From: Phallusia mammillata
Taxonomy: Eukaryota
Assembly: GCA_965637545.1 (NCBI GenBank)
Contig: OZ281494.1
Span: forward strand, 10,850,001 to 10,914,000
Direction of reading: 5' to 3'
Length of the DNA: 64,000 bases
The position numbers were made by a program, and so were the translations under genes. Under the pieces are notes generated by a model that had not been told where the DNA came from, made no database searches, and saw only the letters and a program-made list of their open reading frames with translations. This document shows, in pieces, positions 11,770 through 47,000 of the stretch (position 1 is its first letter; every line of letters begins with the position of its first letter).

Positions 11770-14070
11770 AATGGTGAGATGTTCTAGGAATGGACATAAG
11801 CACTCGTTACTTGCGCGGTTAACGGTTTTTAAATGTGCTTTGTGCTATCAACCCTAAAATTCTCAAAGGCCCGCTTGTTACGTTTTGGTGAAACTGCAAA
11901 ACGCTAAATGTGGGTACCTAAAAATTGTACATATCTAATTCGAATACGCTGGGTATTGGCAATGCTTTGATACAAATGGGCCTATACATATCGAAACACT
12001 TTTACAAGTCTCATGAGCCTTAAAAACTGCTAGCTATGCTTGGGCACGGACTGCGTTTTATGGAAAGGTTGTGTCTTGTGCATGTGTTTGTTGCGAGGTT
12101 ACTGTTTCGCTTTTGCTAGCAAATTAGATACAAAATATATTAGCTTTAATTAAAGTTTGTTGGCATTTTTCGTGTTTTAATGTTTAGAAACACTTTTTGT
12201 ACAAAGCCTTGTTAATAAAGTACTGTGCAAAATCATAGAAATACTGTCTTGATAATTATTTTCACGTACTATCATTTGCGTTGTTTTTATGTCGTTTCAT
12301 TCCCCAAAAACAATTTTTACAAAAACGCGTTTGTCGGTTATAAGTGCGGTGTTGTGTGCCTAAAATTTTTACGTTACTGTGCTCTATTATGTCAACATGC
12401 AGCAACTAAAAACATGCATCGAAAATTTTACTTTATTAGCCGGTTGCGTGAAATTTTAACGCAGCTACATTGCTTGGACTCATTCACTCGGATTTTGATA
12501 TTCCCGCCATTGATATGTGTGCGAATGGTTTGTAAAGCGTCCAAATAAATAAACAAACATGGCAAACTGTTTGAAGAATAAACAGTGGCCGTTTACATTC
12601 CCGTAATACGACGTGTACTCAACTCGCCTCTTTACACCTAGCCTGTCGGTTTATTTATACAAGTTTTGTAAGGTGGCAATCCCGGGGCGTTCCTGATTAT
12701 TATTGGAATATTTGAGTGTAAATAGCTGAGATACACACGGTTTAATGGCAAGTTGAACAAATAGAAGTACAATTATTGGTCTACAATCCTGTATACTCTG
12801 TCAACACGAGTCTTGGGTTACTGAATTAATCGAGGAACATCATCTCGTCTGAAGCGTATAAGTTTGTCAGTTCACGTATGTGCAGATTTGCGTAGTTAAA
12901 GACTCCTGGATATATGTATTGACTTCTCAACAACTTTAAACACAACTGTTTCTTTATACATTGTGGTCCTGGTAAAGGTATGGTCACAGGTGGGTTTGGA
13001 CCAAGTTTTAAATTTTATTAATGTTTAGACTATTTTCCAGATAGCAGCTTTTTGTTTGTTTAGGCTAAAATTGGTGGTAATTTCGCTTTCAATTATTACA
13101 TGGAAAAGTTGTTTTTTGCATTAGTGTTAAATTTAGTAAATTCCAGGTGTACAAACTGCAGTAGAAGGTAAATGTGTGCCAGGTAGTTTACTATGGTACT
13201 TTTCAAAACCTATAGTTTGTAAGTGACGACACACGTCACACTCAATGCGGCAGCGAGCTGGTATAGTTGACACAAACCTTGTCTTGGTCTCTGCCATTTC
13301 ATGCCGCTTAGGCCGGTACGTGTTAAGTTTAAAACATCCCGGAGTTGATTGTTAATTACGTACGTGCTCGTTTTTTGTCTATGCTGATGGCATATTTGCA
13401 TTTGAAGAAAATTGTAAGAAACTTACATATGTTATTTGTTTTGACTGCTATAAAATGCTTGGGTATGTTAGTAAAGTGTTTGTCCCATCTATTTTCCAAC
13501 ATATTAGTGAGGCTAACTATGCATTTTGCTGCGGTTCCGTGACCGACGTTGGCAACATCAACACATGGCTCCGTTGCGAACCAAGTGGTAGTTTGAATCT
13601 GTCAGATGTTCTGCGTTAAACTGCTTATTTATTAATAAACAATTAGTGGATATATAGTTGTAATTGGAACTACGAACATAACTAATCAAACGATATGATT
13701 AAAACGGCTGTACTTTTTAGGACATCATCAATACAAAACTAAAATTTCTGTGCCATAAAATTATAAAATTTTGTTCTGTAAAGACGTAAAGTAAGTTGTA
13801 ACAAAAACTATTAAAGAGTGAAAATTTTAAAATGATCCGTATGCTCTTTCAAGTAGTGCGAGTATTCTTAAAATTTGTTTTCACTTATCTTAAAATAAAA
13901 AGCAAAAAAATCCTTTTTTGTTTGAAAACACTGAAATCATATTAGGGTAAGAACCGAAAGGGGATATTTCGAGTTTCATTGCAGTGGTGAAATAAATTCT
14001 GTCGCGCGTGTCCTCGGTTATCAAAACCAATTTTCTTTGCTTGTCTACGTTGAGACAAGTGGGTTTAACT

Positions 14071-36126
<22,056 letters not shown>

Positions 36127-38124
36127 ACCCTGCTTGTACGATGTTTTTTGTGGCTTTCGCTTGCATTAAACTGCCCGAGTTGAAAAAATGGTGTGATTAA
36201 GAAGAACGTTATGTCACGGTGCATAAGTCAGAGCTGCCGAGAAAGTTAAACGTCAGTGGCAAGAGTGGTTCAGTCGTTACAAAATAAGTTTGTTCCTGCA
36301 CGTTTTTTAGTTTGGATAGTGTTTTTTTTCGTGTTAGGCTGTAGTCCGAACCCCGTACTTTTGAGGTTAGATTGTCGGCTGATGAAGATTGTGTTTCCAC
36401 AACTAAAAGTATTGTTTAAAAGAAGATAAAAATATATTCGAGAAACGTGTCAGGTTTGCCGTTTGCGGAATTATCTTTTTTCTCGTGATGTTTGGCATAA
36501 CAGCTCCATTGTTAAAATGGGTGTGTAGCTCGACCTGCCTCGATGGCGACTTGTTAAAGGCGGCTACAATGTAAACTATGATGTTCATTGCAAATTGTTT
36601 GGTGAGTCTGATCTTTGCATCTCAATAACAGCCACACATATGTCTCTTCTTTCTTTGTATTCTTGAATAACGTTAAAGGCGAACGTTCAAATCAGCTACA
36701 CATCCACATGGGATAAAAATAGTCTAAGAATAGACCAAAAATAGACCCAGAAAAGAGCGGCGACAAAGTCGAAACTAAGCTATATATAGTAGAGCAAAAT
36801 ATTGGCTATTGTGTGAAACCTTTTTTTCCTTTAAGTTATAGAATTTATTTTATGGCAAAGGTGCAATTTATAAAGTCATAGCGCCCTCGACCGAGCTGCT
36901 AATCTTCTTCTCAAGTACGAGCGGCTGTGTTCTACTTTAAACTTGAAACGGAAACGACAGTATAAACAAGAGGAAGTATGCGTAATGATGAACAAACACC
37001 TTATGTTTGTGCAGAACATTCTAGAATAACAAAATGAATCAAAACATCTTATGACTTGCATGAGAACGGAAATACCAACACTTGCATCCAGTTAAAAAGG
37101 GGTTAAACACTTCCCCTACATGCTGTGCAACATTATTGCAAACAACATGCTAACGTTAAACATAAACTTTGTGCACATTAATATCATGACCGCTACAAAA
37201 GCTTCCCCCCAAAAGGGTGTTAAATGTGTTTGAATGAAAAACACATTTCGAAATCCTACAAAATTTGCGTGCGACACTTCACAGCGACAAAAAAAACATA
37301 GCCTACTAAAAACGCTGGGTGACGATGGAATGAAACAATACTTTGCGTTGCAATGATAAATAATGTCATAAATTCTTGTCAAATATGGGTATTGACTCTG
37401 CAATTCTTGTAGTAGATATGGTAGCATGAACGAAAATGCAATGAATATAACAGTGAATATGTCGACAAATATAGACGAGCAAAAATGGTTAAAAACAGGG
37501 ATACCATTACTTTTTTTCGTATGTATATATACCACGTAAATGTAACAATATACTAAATTGTAAGTTGCGCTATTGCCTTAACCACGAAGTTTACCTTAAC
37601 ACTGCGTTCAATAAGTATGATACAATATATACATATTTTGGGTAGCGAGGCAATAGGGAAAATTCTGCACTTGACTAACAATGGCGAAATGGTTCACAAA
37701 CAACATGCAAAATAATTTAATTGTTGGACGTAAAAAGTTAGTGCTATGCAATAAGATATATATTGACTCTTTCCTATAAACTTTAGAAGCTAATTTTAAC
37801 AGGAACGATGTATGAAGTGAAGTAAGATTATATGTGAACAAGGGTAATGTTGGCGTTAATCTATTTACGAGTAAAGGGCTGGCTGAAATGTTAACGCCGT
37901 GTGAAAAGCTCAGATAGCTGATTGTCGTCGAATTGCTTCCTGTTGATCTTGTTGTTGTTTGACGTCTGAGTTCATCTGTTTTTGTACTGTCACGTGTGTG
38001 ATGACGTGGCAGGTAAAAAAGGTGGTTAATAGCACTGCAAAACTGGTCATGGATATGACGATTGCAAATAATTAAGTTGGTGCCAATTGTTGCACGTTGG
38101 TACCCACTCGAGAGAAAGTATCGT

Positions 38125-38270
38125 TCGCTCGTGGCTCATAATTTTGTAGGCTTGTAAATAGTAGGAGCTCGTGGCTCGAAATGTCTGTTTGTAGACTTGT
38201 GAATAGTTGGAGCTCGTGGCTCGAAATGTCTGTTTGTAGACTTGTGAACAGATGGAGCTCGATGCTCGAA
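38125..38270. repeat. 45-bp tandem repeat (~3 copies) inside the LTR element
   Basis: ggagctcg(t/a)(g/t)gctcgaa recurs at 38164, 38209 and 38254 (period 45), with a degenerate copy upstream. Confidence 0.9.
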
Positions 38271-39475
38271 GTGGTATGCACCATGCAGACAAATATGGCG
38301 TAGAACGACGTCGTGTTTCGGTCAGGATGCTTGTTTTCATGGGTTTGGGCAATTGTCTTCAGCGTAACTGAGCTTACTTGTTTTGACAGGTTGGTCGTTA
38401 ACATGTTATATTTGTGTGTGGAAAATGTGTGATCTTATTAAACAGCTCCAGCCAGGGAGTCAATACATATCATGCAGCGTTAGTAGCAAAACAAGAACGT
38501 TTTCGGCATGACAAAACCGTTGACATGAAACGTGAAACATAAATTGACGGTGAGACACATCGAAGAACACGTTTACAGTTTGACACTAGCAAAATATTTT
38601 CTGATTATAAATTATATACACGCACACAGCTTAACATGCAACATACATCGATGAATAAACATAACTAATTTATCTTGAAAAGTGTTATTAAGCGAATAAA
38701 ATATATAAGTTATTTTACAACACAGAAAATTGTCAAGTGCAGATTTTACACGAACTTACTTAACAGAGGAAAAGATGTCATTCGGAGCGACCGCGTGAAT
38801 GTCATTTCCGTGACCTTGGTAGTCGATTTCTTCCTCCTCTTTTGCTTCTGATTCCAATGGGGTGTCGGTGGAGTTGCACATAACTAAAATGTCTGGTTGT
38901 GCTTGAAAAGTCCAATCTGCAAGTAACCCTTGTCCAAATGACGTCTTGTTCGAACTGTTCGGGGCATCACTTTGAACGTGCTGTCCGAACCTTGCTCGTA
39001 AGGTACCAATTTGAAGTGACATCTGCCTGCGCTGGAAGCGAGCTCGGAAGGTGTGTAGTAACTCGTGGGCACCACTTTGTAGGCACCCCTGCCTCGATGA
39101 CGACTTGTAAAGGGCGGCTACAGTATAAACTATAATGTTCATTGCAAATTGTTTGGTGAGTCTGATCTTTGCATCTCAATAACAGCTGACTGATTAACAG
39201 CCACACATATGTCTCTTCTTTCTTTGTTTTCTTGAATAACGTTAAAGGCGAACTTTCAAATCAGCTACACATCCACATGGGATAAAAATAGAAGACTCAA
39301 AAATAGTCTAAGAATAGACCCAGAATAGACCAAAAATAGACCCAGAAAAGAGCGGCGACAAAGTCGATAATAAGCTATATATAGTAGAGCAAAATATTGG
39401 CTATTGTGTGAAATCTTTTTTCCTTTAAGTTATAGAATTTATTTTATGGCAAAGGTGCAATTTATGAAGTCATAG

Positions 39476-39586
39476 TGTAGCGACTGATCACTTGCTAGAT
39501 CTAATCCTTAATTGAAGTCCTTTTTGTGCACAATTATATCCGTAATGACTTTGTATTGGTACGAAAGTTAAGATCATAATCCCACA
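39476..39586. mobile_element. 111-bp solo-LTR-like insertion in the 5' LTR
   Basis: TGTAG...CACA termini with 4-bp TSD atag (39472-39475, 39587-39590). The sister LTR shows the empty site aagtc-atag-cgccc at ~36873-36886. Confidence 0.8.
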
Positions 39587-41080
39587 ATAGCGCCCTCGAC
39601 CGAGCTGCTATGCTTCTTCTCAAGTACGAGCGGCTGTGTTCTACTTTAAACTTGAAACGGAAACGACAGTATAAACAAGAGGAAGTATGCGTAATGATGA
39701 ACAAACACCTTATGTTTGTGCAGAACATTCTAGAATAACAAAATGAATCAAAACATCTTATGACTTGCATGAGAACGGAAATACCAACACTTGCATCCAG
39801 TTAAAAAGAGGTTAAACACTTCCCCTACATGCTGTGCAACATTATTGCAAACAACATGCTAACGTTAAACATAAACTTTGTGCACATTAATATCATGACC
39901 GCTACAGGAGTAACCAAGTCCGGAACAAGAACACATTCTTACAGCACATGTTTCGGTGTTTTATACGAAACACAACACAAAACGTAGGCGAATAAGGTTT
40001 GTGGAACAACATACTTTTTTCGTTACTGAATGAACGAATGCCTTTTTTGGGTTATCAGTGGACTTGTTCCAAACATCTGAATAATTAAATACCTTTGCTC
40101 AAAATTTTTAAGGCCATGTTTTGTTTCAACCACACACGATGTGTTGGTGGTGACCAGGGTTTTTTAAGGTTTGGTTTGGGACCTTTGGGTGACCGCTAAG
40201 TAGTTTTAAGAGACCGCAAGTGTTTCATTTAAATACCAAAAAATAGCCATATTTGCTTAAACGAATTATTTATTAGGCTACTGGCAAATTTTGGGAAACC
40301 GCTGGAGAAATTTGGGGGAACGTTTCGGTCCCCCAAAACACCTTAAAAAAACATTGGTTGGGTGACTACTTACGATACTGCAATCTGAAAGTTCGATAGT
40401 AATTTGTTCACAACATCATTTAATCCTATGACGTCATGCATGTTATACGCCGTTTCAAAATAATTTTAAACCGCTTGAACATGCATGACCCCCTTTCAAT
40501 AGCATTGTTTAAATAACCTTAAGTCCAACATAAGCACACAATATAAATACACGATTACATTTTGGTAAATTCAGAAGGTAAAATTAGTTGTCATGTCTAT
40601 AAAATCTACTAAAATGCATTTGGATTTCTGCACTAAAATTGTTTGGCTGTATCTTAACTTTGACACGCCTTATGTTGACGATTTGTGGTTGATGCTTGAT
40701 TTTGCAGTTGTAGTTTCGTTGTCTTGTACTTGTAGTTTGCAGAAATCAGCTTCGGTCTCTGTTAGGAAAATGTGAAAGCTTAAAAATTACAGCGAAATTT
40801 AGTTTGGAGTTCAAAAAGCGTCATCTTTGTTAAAGTGATCTGAAAATCCAAATTCAGTTACTTGTTGGCTGCTGTTTTCTCTTTGTGTAGAGGTAAGATA
40901 ATAGCCTGAATTTTTTTTGTTTACTGCGATATTTTAACGTTTCATTTAAAAAAAAATTCACACAATGTATTTTCAATGTATTTTCGAGTCATTTGTTTTT
41001 GTAACTTGTTTTCTTTTGTTCACTTGGCTGGTTTTTTATTCAAACTGTTTTGTGTTAGATACTACTTTCCAGTCAATAAA

Positions 41081-44000
41081 ATGATCATGAATTCTCAAGA
41101 AGAATCCCGGGACACACCAGAAGCACTACTTGCTTATTTGCGTCAAAATTGCAAAAAAATCAAATCTTATGATGAGATAGTAAATCTGCTTCATGTGGTG
41201 GGTTATAAACGAAACTGCGGGTTGCATGCTGCTTTTAAAAACAGTTGGTGCTTTGGGTACGCTTGCAGTAAGTAGGTGCAGTCTGTTTTTGGAAGCTCTT
41301 AATTAGGTTACTACATGAGTATAGTGGGCAAATAGGTAGTGATGGGACGATACCAGGTTTTGAAGCGAGTACCGAGTACGAGTACCACATGTATATACCT
41401 TCGATACCGAGTACGATTACCGAGTACTTAGGTGTAGTGTTGTACTTAGTTGTATATCACTGGCTAATTTATCTGCCATGGTCGGGGTACAGGCGTGCAC
41501 ACACACATGCCAAAAAAATGTAATCTCCATGTGATAGCGAAAAGGACATACGTAAACTGGCGGAACTTTTTTCCAATTTTGTGCTGTCCGAAGCAAATAT
41601 TGGCATAAAGTTGCTCGTATTCTTATGGTGTAAATCTGCCTTTGGTACTCACACGTTGGTATCGAAAACTGAGGCAAAATATTTCGATACCGAGTACGAG
41701 TATTGATACCACTGAAATCGTTCGATACCATCGATACCGAGTACCGGGTACCCGTCCCATCACTACAAATAGGCATTAAAGATATTTGTGTGTACAATTA
41801 TTCGTGTTTTTACACAAAAGGCACCAGCAAAAAGCTTCAAGTGCTGTTCCTGTTTGCTACCAGATTACTTGTTTATGAAAGTTGTTTTATGGTCTGGGAA
41901 ATGTTTTTTGATGAAATAACAGATTATACAATACATTAGTTATGGAAAATGCAATTTATGAATATGTCAACTGTCAAACCCACTCCAGTCTAGGAATAAA
42001 ATAACTTATCGAATAACATGGACTTACATGTGTCTTGTTACTGCCATCACAATACCCTAAATCATGATTCTGCTAAAAATACTTGCAAAATGTCAGGTTT
42101 TGCAATTTGTGTTTGCACTTATTTACAATGCTGTGTAGTAAGGAGGAAATCTTTAGTATCAAGTGAACTGTCATGACTTGTAAACTTTTTAAGTGTTGCA
42201 TTTGTGCCTAAACATAGGTTATGTGTTATCAAGTAGGTTATAAAGAGATTTCATTTTTTTATTATATGCCTTTCTGTGTGGTACTATAGATTGCCTCAGA
42301 ACAAAAAACGAGGTCATTGATTCGGTCATGTATGGACAAAGTGCTTATCAACATGAGTGACATTCATAGTCTGCGCGAGATGATTGATCGTTTGCGATCT
42401 GTTGCAAGGACAAATGGGTAAGTTTTGCATTTTTGAAAATCAAAAATTTGTGGTTGATGCTTAAGTGAACTCCCAAAAATGATTTCAGAAGAATTTTAGA
42501 CAGTTTTAACCCATTATTAAATACCAAAAATCTCACAGAGATTTCTCAGAGTGTTTTGTTTTCATCTTTATTTGTGGTTTTAGGTTGAGATTTCAGGTTC
42601 CTTTGGATGAGGCTGTTGGCTCTAATACAACATGCATGATAACGGGCGATATGTTTAAAGTGGAAATCTCATTAAATGGCCAGGATATCCATTTTTGTAA
42701 TGATGTTAAGGTGTATTATTCAGACCATCCTCGAAGCTGTCCTGAACTGCTGGAAATTATCAGGTACATATTTGGTGAATAAAGCACAACTTCAGTAGGT
42801 CTTGGTCAAATTTTACCCACTCACATAAACCAGATTGTACATAGCAATTTTGTCAGTCCAGCATTAACATGTTGGTTTACATTTTTATTGTTTTAATTGT
42901 GTTTTATGATTTGTTGTTTGGTTAACCTTTAAAAAGTATTATATATATACATTTTTTGGCAGAGATGGAAAATTTTTGAAGTTATCCGAATATCTAAAAA
43001 GTCTCATTGATATGTATCCAATAAATATGGATAGGCAAACCAAAACAAGAGTCTACATGGCATTACAGTCACTGGAAATTGACATTTCAAAGATGGGTCA
43101 AATATACAAGCAAGTAGCACTAAAATTAATTTAAATCTCTTAACCTTTACAATAAATTCTTTGATAATGCTACAAATGCATAGGTTTTTGTACAACAAAA
43201 TTCTGAGATTGAGGGGCAACCTTTTATATAATTAACACAGTCACTCGTCTGTGTGGTATAAAAGAACATACTGTTGTATTTTTGCCACGAATGAAGTGTT
43301 TGGGAAAATTACTGCGTGAAAATTTGGCATGTTATTTCTAACCAGAGCAAGAGCATTTAAAAACAAAAAAGGAAAGAAATTGTATCTTTACAGAGAATCC
43401 CACCAAGACTGTGACAACCTGCAGTTGGTAAATCATGGCTCCGTTGGCATTCTTGCTCCTCATGCTGTTGGAAAAAACCTTCAACTTAATTACTTCCTCT
43501 CTCCTTATGACCTCATTGACCCTGTTACAAAACAATTGGTGACAATTTTTGAAAACAGTAAGTTAAATTCATAATATGCTGTCACCCTAAACTGAAAGTT
43601 TCCTAGGAAGTGCATCTATTTTGCAGTGCCGGAAACCAAGGGTCTGCATGCAGAGATAAAAGTTGTGTCCCAAGATTCTTTAAGAGCTCTTCCAATCTCA
43701 CCACTGATTTCAAACAATCACCCTATCGATGGCACAGGGTATGCATCATAACAAATCTTCATTTTTTGTGTATCCGGTACTTGTTTTTGTGTATCCGGTA
43801 CTTGGCCAAATGGCCAAGTTCCAATGTTGAAACCTTCATTGATGCATTCTACCTTTTTAGGAAATTACTATTGAACCACTACCTTGATTTGTTTGTTTGT
43901 ATGTTTACATAACATACATGCCTTTGTTTACATTTGCATTTTGACTGACAAGTTTTACTCAGTGGGACAGTATGTTTACTGATTTCTAATGGATTTCAAA

Positions 44001-47000
44001 TTGTCTTTAACAAAGTTACATATGTAACAAATACAGGAAACCTTGGTTAATCCGGACCCCTTTGGACCAAAAACATTGTCCAGATTAGGCAAAGATTAAC
44101 TGATGTCCATTAGTTAAAGCCTTCCCTCATTACTAATCATTTGTACCTCAAGTTTTGTCTGAATTAGGCAAAAATCCAAACTGAGGTTTACTGTATATTT
44201 ATTGCACTGAAAAGATAGTTATGGGTCCCCTTCTAGAAGGGGACACATATTGTTTTTGTCCTTATTTTTCTTTTTTTCTTTTTTCTGTCTAATGCTGGTT
44301 TGTGACGCTCGTTTGGTCAAGAAAGAGTGCTTTAAATTTATTCAAATTTGGACATATGTTAGTTATTAATCCAAACTTGATCCTCCGGAAGTTTGACCCC
44401 GAATAACCCAGCGGTTCACCCACAGGCCCCCGAAACGTAAAATTTTAACGCTGGTTTGTAACGCTGATTTGGTAAAGAAAGAGTGCTTCAAATTTATTCA
44501 AATTTTGACATATGTTAGTTATTAATCCAAACTTGATCCTCCAGAAGTTTGACCTCGAATTACCCTGCGGTTCACCCACAGGCCTCCGAAACGTAAAATT
44601 TGTAACGCTCGTTTGTAACGCTTGTTTGGTAAAGAAAGAGTGCTTCAAATTTATTCAAATTTTGACATATGTTAGTTATTAATCCAAACTTGATCCTCCA
44701 GAAGTTTGACCCTGAATGACCCAGCGGTTCACCCACAGGCCCCCAAAACGTAAATGTGTCTAATGCTCAAATTTTTCAAATTTTTTTTTTAACAGATGAA
44801 CAAATTCATCTGTTCAAAAAATTCATCTGTTTTAGATGAACAAATTTTTATTATTTTTGGGTTAATGCTTTCTAAAAAATTGTCCTTAAGAATCTAAAAA
44901 TAACCGCAACATTTGTTTACCGTAAATCCGCACAAACACGCGTGTGGGGACCCATTAGTTTTTGTTTACAAAAACAATCATATCTGTAGATCAAATGATG
45001 TGTATAAGTAAATTGGTAAATATCGTATAGAATATATAAAATGGAAGTATATCAGAAAGCCACTCTTCTAGTTAAATGTGATTTTAACAGAAAACCAAGA
45101 TTTGCTGAAGTTAACCAACACAACTCTATTTCACTCCCTGCATGTTTTGTCATGAAACTGAAGCCAGCAATCGTGTTGACCAGCAAAATTGCCACAGAAA
45201 TCCAAACAGAAACAGGTACATGAGTTATACTATCATATGTAGAAGGGTAAACTGGTCTAAATTTACCTGCCATATATACAGGAATTTCGGTTTTTCAAAA
45301 TGGAACTCTATTACAATCCTATGTGTCCCTGATTGTCAAGGAGGGCTTGTGCTCAGAGGTACAAAGAACTGCATAAAGTTGTGCAAAAGCAAGCGATTAT
45401 TTTAAAAAAAGCACAAATATATTTTTTGTGGACTTAATTTTGTAATTGTTGTAAAATATTGGGTAATTGTGGCAGTCAATTTATACCTTACATATAGTGA
45501 ATGCATTTGAGATTACCCTGTGGTTGGAGCACTTTTTTTCATTTTTCAGGTCACTTTTGGTGAACACACACACCGTTATCATCTGGGTTTTAACCATTTA
45601 AAAGCTGCACTGGTTGAGGAAATCCACTTTACCCATCCTGGACACATTGCTGCAACACTGACACTATTAAGAAAACAAGCTTACTTTAATGCCATTATAA
45701 CGAGTTGTGTTAGACCTAAAAAAGAAAACCACAGTAAGCTTTACATATATGTAAATGAATGTTTTCAATTTTTAGTATTTAGCTGGAAAACAGAATTTTT
45801 TTAACTTGTATTACAACTGTTTGCAATGGCGTGCAAACATATTTTTCCTTTTTAAAAAAGAACATAATTATAGTTGTATGTTTCATGAATCTTCTGCTTT
45901 GCAACCTTGCGGCATGTATAAAATTTAAAATGATGCTTTTCTTAACAGGTACAGAAGCCACAGAATGGTACTTCGACGTGTCTACAGATAACTTATTGAC
46001 AAAGCTGAATATTACATTTGAGCACCCTTTATGTTCAAACTCAACAGCTTTTGGCAAGTATTTAAATATGATAAATTTCTAATGAAAATATTACAGTATT
46101 ATTAACTGTTCGCAAATTATTTCCGATTTCAAATAGCAAATTTGGGAAATGTTCTCTTCAGTAAGAATCTTGCTTGACTAGCAAGAACCTATTTATCTGT
46201 TTTTGCCATCTCTCAAAAAAATATTTTTCTTATAGCTGAAATTCTGTTTTCTGCTGATGGATACTCAGCATGTCATTTGTTCACTGGCAGAGGTGACCCA
46301 CCCTTGTGCACTGACCAATATGCAACCAAGGTTTTGCAGAAATCATATTCCTTACCTATTACAATGAGGTATGTGTTGTCAGTCTCTGTGTCTTCGATTT
46401 TTGTATTTTTTTCTAACAAATTTTACAATAGAATTTGTAAATAGAAAACTGTTTGCATATCTTACCTTATGTAGCATATTGACGAATTTAAACAGACTTT
46501 TTGTTCTTGACTTTATTATTATTGGTTTGTTAAACAAATTTGTTATTGAATTACTTATACCTGGTTTGTCATAGTCATACAAAAGCAAGGCTGTGTTTTG
46601 ATCCAAATTACTTTCTGATCAATACATATGACTTGAAAAATATGTTGTTTTTTCTCACTTGTTCAGGAATCTAATGAAACAAACTAAGCAGCAACCTCGC
46701 AAAGAACCAGACCGAAATCGTCTACCACCCTTGCGCAATTCAATGCTCCACCCAGCAGCTTCAGGGGGTTACAAGAAGCAAGCTCCTGTGCCCCCAAAAC
46801 CCCCTCAGCCTGCCCCAACACACAATTCACAGTTTAGTTCACTTCCGAAACCAGCAATCACCACCCAAACTTCATCAGGTGATAAACCTAGTTATGTCTG
46901 CAAAACAAAATGCAGTTGTTGGTAATATTTGTGTTTTTGTGTAATGCAAATTTATGGATAATAGGTCGAAAACTAAAACAGTATCACAATAAAGAAAAGT

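Larger units (their letters stand above)
36524..39906 (-). mobile_element. Probable non-autonomous LTR retroelement (LTR - 1.9 kb internal - LTR)
   Basis: Near-identical direct repeats at 36524-37197 and 39078-39906, each bounded by TGTAG...CTACA. PBS-like TGGTGCCC lies 3 nt after the 5' LTR on the minus strand, and PPT-like GGGGGGAAG lies just before the 3' LTR. Flanks are ggtg/ggag (3 of 4 TSD match). No recognisable gag or pol. Confidence 0.7.

Noticed and set aside
36209-36402. Terminal exon of a minus-strand gene tail-to-tail with ERCC3
   Set aside because: There is a plausible acceptor and a 63-codon ORF, but no recognisable domain and no upstream exon outside the LTR element. It also overlaps the likely ERCC3 3' UTR.
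38900-39050. RFamide neuropeptide precursor (RARFQ/RARFG)
   Set aside because: No signal peptide and no G-K/R processing site after RF. The ORF lies within an LTR-like element.
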